DNA from: Fimbriimonadia bacterium
GTDB lineage: Bacteria > Armatimonadota > Fimbriimonadia > Fimbriimonadales > JABRVX01
Assembly: GCA_041483895.1 (NCBI GenBank)
Contig: JBGPGO010000005.1
Span: 64,001-128,000, forward strand
Reading direction: 5' to 3'
Length of the DNA: 64,000 nucleotides
Shown here: positions 60,781 to 64,000 of the stretch, one piece after another
Numbering within the stretch: the first letter of the stretch is position 1
How the letters are laid out: every line of letters begins with the position of its first letter
Made by a program: the position numbers and the translations under genes
Notes under the pieces: model-generated
Seen by the model: the letters and a program-made list of their open reading frames with translations, nothing else
The model's database searches: none
What the model was told of the DNA's origin: nothing

Positions 60781-63135
60781 ATGCACAAAAGAGCCGTGGC
60801 TTTGGCTGTAGCCACACCTTTCATCGTATGCGCGGTATGGTGGTCCGGCGCGACACCCGTTCAAGCGTTCCAAAAGGAAGCGAGTCCAGGACAGCTTACT
60901 ATCGTGGGCAAAGACGGAAAGGTGGGCGAGCTGTGTCCCCTCTCCAAGACGACCGTCAACGCCGACATCTCCGGCTTCGGCGCCCGCGTCACCATGGTCC
61001 AGACCTTTACCAATCCGTCTCGGGACACGATCGAGGCGATTTACACATTCCCCTTGCCCCCCGACGCGGCCGTTGACCGGATGCGGATGAAGATCGGCAG
61101 CCGCGTGATAAATGGCCAGATCAAGCGCAAGGAAGAGGCTCGGCAAATTTACGAAGCCGCCAAGAACGCCGGTCAGGTCGCGAGCCTCCTTGACCAGGAG
61201 CGGCCCAACATCTTCACCCAGTCCGTCGCCAACATCACCCCCGGCGCGACCATCGAGATCGAGATCAGTTATGTACAGGTTTTGAAGTATGAAGATGGAC
61301 AATTCGAATTCAACTTCCCCATGGTGGTCGGCCCGCGCAACCTGATGGCGGCCCCCGATCCACAAAAGATCGCGCCCCCTACCGCAGCCACACGCACTGG
61401 AACCAACATCGAATTGAACGTGCGAGTGAACGCCGGAGCGCCGATCCAAGAGATCAAGAGCGTGCTGCACGAAGTGAACATCAACCAGCCCGGACGCGGA
61501 CTGGCGATGGTCAGCCTAAAGAACAGCGATGAGATCCCGAACCGAGACTTCATTCTGAAATACCGCGTCGCGACCGGCACGGTCACTTCTTCCCTGCTCA
61601 CCTACGCCTCGTCCCAACAAGGCGGCTATTTCACCCTGATCCTGATGCCGCCGAAGGCCCCGACGGAAGATCAGATTTCGCCAAAAGAGATGATCTTTGT
61701 GATGGACCAGAGCGGCAGCCAGAACGGATTCCCCATCGAGAAGTCTAAGGAATTGACCAAAAAGCTGATCGAAACGATGGGGCCGGACGACACGTTCAAC
61801 GTCATTGGCTTCTCAACCCAGGTCAACGCTCTCTGGCCACAGACCATGCGGAATACCCCGGAAAACCGCACCGAGGCCATCGCGTTCGTCAGCGCCTTAG
61901 AGGCGAACGGCGGCACGGATATCGTCAGGCCGGCGCTCGTTGCCCTAACGCCACCAAAGGACCCGGAGCGCCTGCGCATCGTGATGTTCAATACGGACGG
62001 CTTTATCGGCAACGACTTCGACGTGCTGGACACTATCCAGAAGAACTTGGGCGATGCGCGACTGTTCACCTTCGGCATCGGCAACAGCGTCAACCGGTTC
62101 CTTATAGACGCGATGGCCTCTGAGGGCAAAGGCGACGCGGAGTACCAGACCCTGGCCGAGACCGCGGACGCGGCTGTCGAGCGGTTCGTGAGGCGTGTGC
62201 AACATCCGGTGCTTACGGATATCGATGTGAAGTTCGACGGCCTACAGGTGACGGATGTGCTGCCTAAGCGCATACCGGATGTGTTCAGCGAGAAACCCGT
62301 CATCATCATGGGCCGGTACACGCAACCCGGTTCCGGACGCATCGCAATCGCGGGTCATTTGGGCAAAGGTCCTTGGTCGAACAGTATCAACGCCGCTTTT
62401 CCCGCCGTCGACAAGGACGGTTCCGCCATCGCAACCCTTTGGGCGCGCGCGCAGGTCGATGAGCTGATGCGACAGGACTGGCGATCGCATACCCACGGCG
62501 ATCAGACGGATGTGAAAGAGAAGATTATTAACTTGGCGCTGGATTACGGCATCATGACCCAATACACATCGTTCGTTGCGGTGGAGCAGAAGGTGGTCAA
62601 CGTCGGCGGGCGTCAGCGCACCGTGCAGGTGCCGGTGGAGAAGGCGGACGGCGTGCGATATGACATGGACTCGGGTCTCGTCGCGTTCGATAAGTCCGAT
62701 AACTCGATCGTCACGGGTTCTCTCGGCGGCTTCGGCGGCGGCTATTCGACCGGCCGCGCCGCCACCAAACGCGCAACTCTGTCCGGCGGCGCCCCCGCAA
62801 CTGCCGGGAAAGTCAGTGCTGGCGTCGGCTACGTCGAACAGAAGGACGAATTGAACAAGGCCGGCGAAGTCAAGCCAGATCCGAAGAAGTTGCGAGAGAG
62901 CCGATATGAATCGGTCGTCGCGAAAACATTGCGCGACGCGAAGGCTGGCGCGGTCGAAGTCCAGATATGGCTGAAGGAGTGGAAGATGAGCGACATCCAA
63001 AAGCTGAAGAAGCTCGGATTCACTCTGGATTCCAAGGACGAGAGGTTGAAGGTCCTCTTCGGCCGCGTGGACGCAACGAAACTGATCGAGCTGGCGCAGA
63101 TCGAGTCGGTGTCACAAATCCGTCCGTTGAAATAG
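60781..63135 (+). CDS. Secreted VIT + vWA domain protein
   Basis: Signal peptide from ATG 60781; QTFTNP...EAIYTFPLP.DAAV (VIT); MIFVMDQSGSQ, ANGGT, TDG, FGIG (vWA). Confidence 0.92.
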   Translation: MHKRAVALAVATPFIVCAVWWSGATPVQAFQKEASPGQLTIVGKDGKVGELCPLSKTTVNADISGFGARVTMVQTFTNPSRDTIEAIYTFPLPPDAAVDRMRMKIGSRVINGQIKRKEEARQIYEAAKNAGQVASLLDQERPNIFTQSVANITPGATIEIEISYVQVLKYEDGQFEFNFPMVVGPRNLMAAPDPQKIAPPTAATRTGTNIELNVRVNAGAPIQEIKSVLHEVNINQPGRGLAMVSLKNSDEIPNRDFILKYRVATGTVTSSLLTYASSQQGGYFTLILMPPKAPTEDQISPKEMIFVMDQSGSQNGFPIEKSKELTKKLIETMGPDDTFNVIGFSTQVNALWPQTMRNTPENRTEAIAFVSALEANGGTDIVRPALVALTPPKDPERLRIVMFNTDGFIGNDFDVLDTIQKNLGDARLFTFGIGNSVNRFLIDAMASEGKGDAEYQTLAETADAAVERFVRRVQHPVLTDIDVKFDGLQVTDVLPKRIPDVFSEKPVIIMGRYTQPGSGRIAIAGHLGKGPWSNSINAAFPAVDKDGSAIATLWARAQVDELMRQDWRSHTHGDQTDVKEKIINLALDYGIMTQYTSFVAVEQKVVNVGGRQRTVQVPVEKADGVRYDMDSGLVAFDKSDNSIVTGSLGGFGGGYSTGRAATKRATLSGGAPATAGKVSAGVGYVEQKDELNKAGEVKPDPKKLRESRYESVVAKTLRDAKAGAVEVQIWLKEWKMSDIQKLKKLGFTLDSKDERLKVLFGRVDATKLIELAQIESVSQIRPLK

Positions 63136-63301
63136 GCGCTCCGTGTTGGGGTCTTCTGTGGTCCGCATACTATCCGAAGCGGCAAACGAGGACGCCAACA
63201 TAACATTCCGATTTTGTCATTCGTCAACCCTCATAATCCAGCTCGGCACCCGAAAACAGCCAGTCTCAATGGGAGACACTGCACGACGAATCGATCGAGC
63301 G

Positions 63302-64000
63302 CTAGACCCTCGCATTCATTCGGCCTCGCCGCCGATATAGTATGCCTCCGAGTCCCATAACCACCATCGCATAGACACTCGGCTCCGGTGTGACCTTATA
63401 CTGCCAGCTAAGGATGTCCTGCTGGGCGCTGGCGCCACCGGTTCCGCCCGTGAATCCCACCCACGCATTTCCATCGCCAAGAGCTAAGAGAGTTGAGAGA
63501 TTGATGTTGCTTGTAACGAGCGGATTTACCAGGTCTCCTACATACACGTTCATCTGTCCCTGCACGTAATCGATGACCGCAGTATGTACATTGCCATCCT
63601 TAAGAGTGAACGACGGTGTTCCTAGTCCTAATGAGTAAATTTCATCTGGGCTATTCTCCAAGGTGCCACGAGAATGGATGCTCACATGATTATCGTTTGG
63701 ATCGCCTAGGGTCACGAAACGGTAGATATCGAACTCAATTGCAAGGCTACTCTTAATTCCGGGATAGTAAGTGCTGCCTACGGTGTCCAAGCCATAACCG
63801 AGCCCGGAGCCACCGGCGCCTATCGCGCCGAGACCTTCATTCTGGACGATGAAAGTAAACCCGTCTGCCGTCCCGGAAATCTGAAACTGGAAGGTAGAAC
63901 GAAATCCTCCGGCGACGGACTGCTTCTGTGTGTAATACGCGGCACCGCGCTGGCTGTTCGTATTAGGAGTGATTCGAAGCCGGTTGCTCACGATCTGAGT
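63302..64000 (-). CDS. L-type lectin domain protein with PEP-CTERM sorting signal (partial, starts beyond window)
   Basis: F.STFQF..ADGFTF.., LAIEFD, AWVGFTGGTG; C-terminal TPEPSVYAMVVMGLGGILYRRR. Confidence 0.88.
   Translation of the reverse strand, partial: TQIVSNRLRITPNTNSQRGAAYYTQKQSVAGGFRSTFQFQISGTADGFTFIVQNEGLGAIGAGGSGLGYGLDTVGSTYYPGIKSSLAIEFDIYRFVTLGDPNDNHVSIHSRGTLENSPDEIYSLGLGTPSFTLKDGNVHTAVIDYVQGQMNVYVGDLVNPLVTSNINLSTLLALGDGNAWVGFTGGTGGASAQQDILSWQYKVTPEPSVYAMVVMGLGGILYRRRGRMNARV

Overview
GC-rich bacterial chromosomal segment, most likely Armatimonadota. This is inferred from the prepilin 'LFPVFAxARE'/H-X9-DG proteins, a PEP-CTERM protein, a copper-amine-oxidase N-terminal (stalk) protein and many dockerin-like-tailed secreted proteins. 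Housekeeping genes are recG, dnaK-dnaJ(class II)-hspR with a HAIR-like operator, guaB, tag, psuG and ffh-rpsP-khpA-rimM. They are interspersed with many secreted/surface proteins, a degraded polymorphic toxin/immunity islet, an ABC-type ATPase + DUF3226/TOPRIM-like pair, two orphan antitoxins and at least four families of short palindromic repeats. Most notable: (1) a composite palindromic element inserted in frame into ffh; (2) six secreted proteins sharing a ~140-aa C-terminal Ig-like + double EF-hand module ending in a G-D/E-x motif, two of them with near-identical ends around divergent cores; (3) a PARIS-like candidate defence pair; (4) widespread leaderless promoter architecture; (5) a signal-peptide-bearing nucleoside hydrolase coupled to psuG. 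I recognised no rRNA, tRNA, CRISPR array, integrase or transposase. All family assignments are from motif recognition by eye, not database searches.
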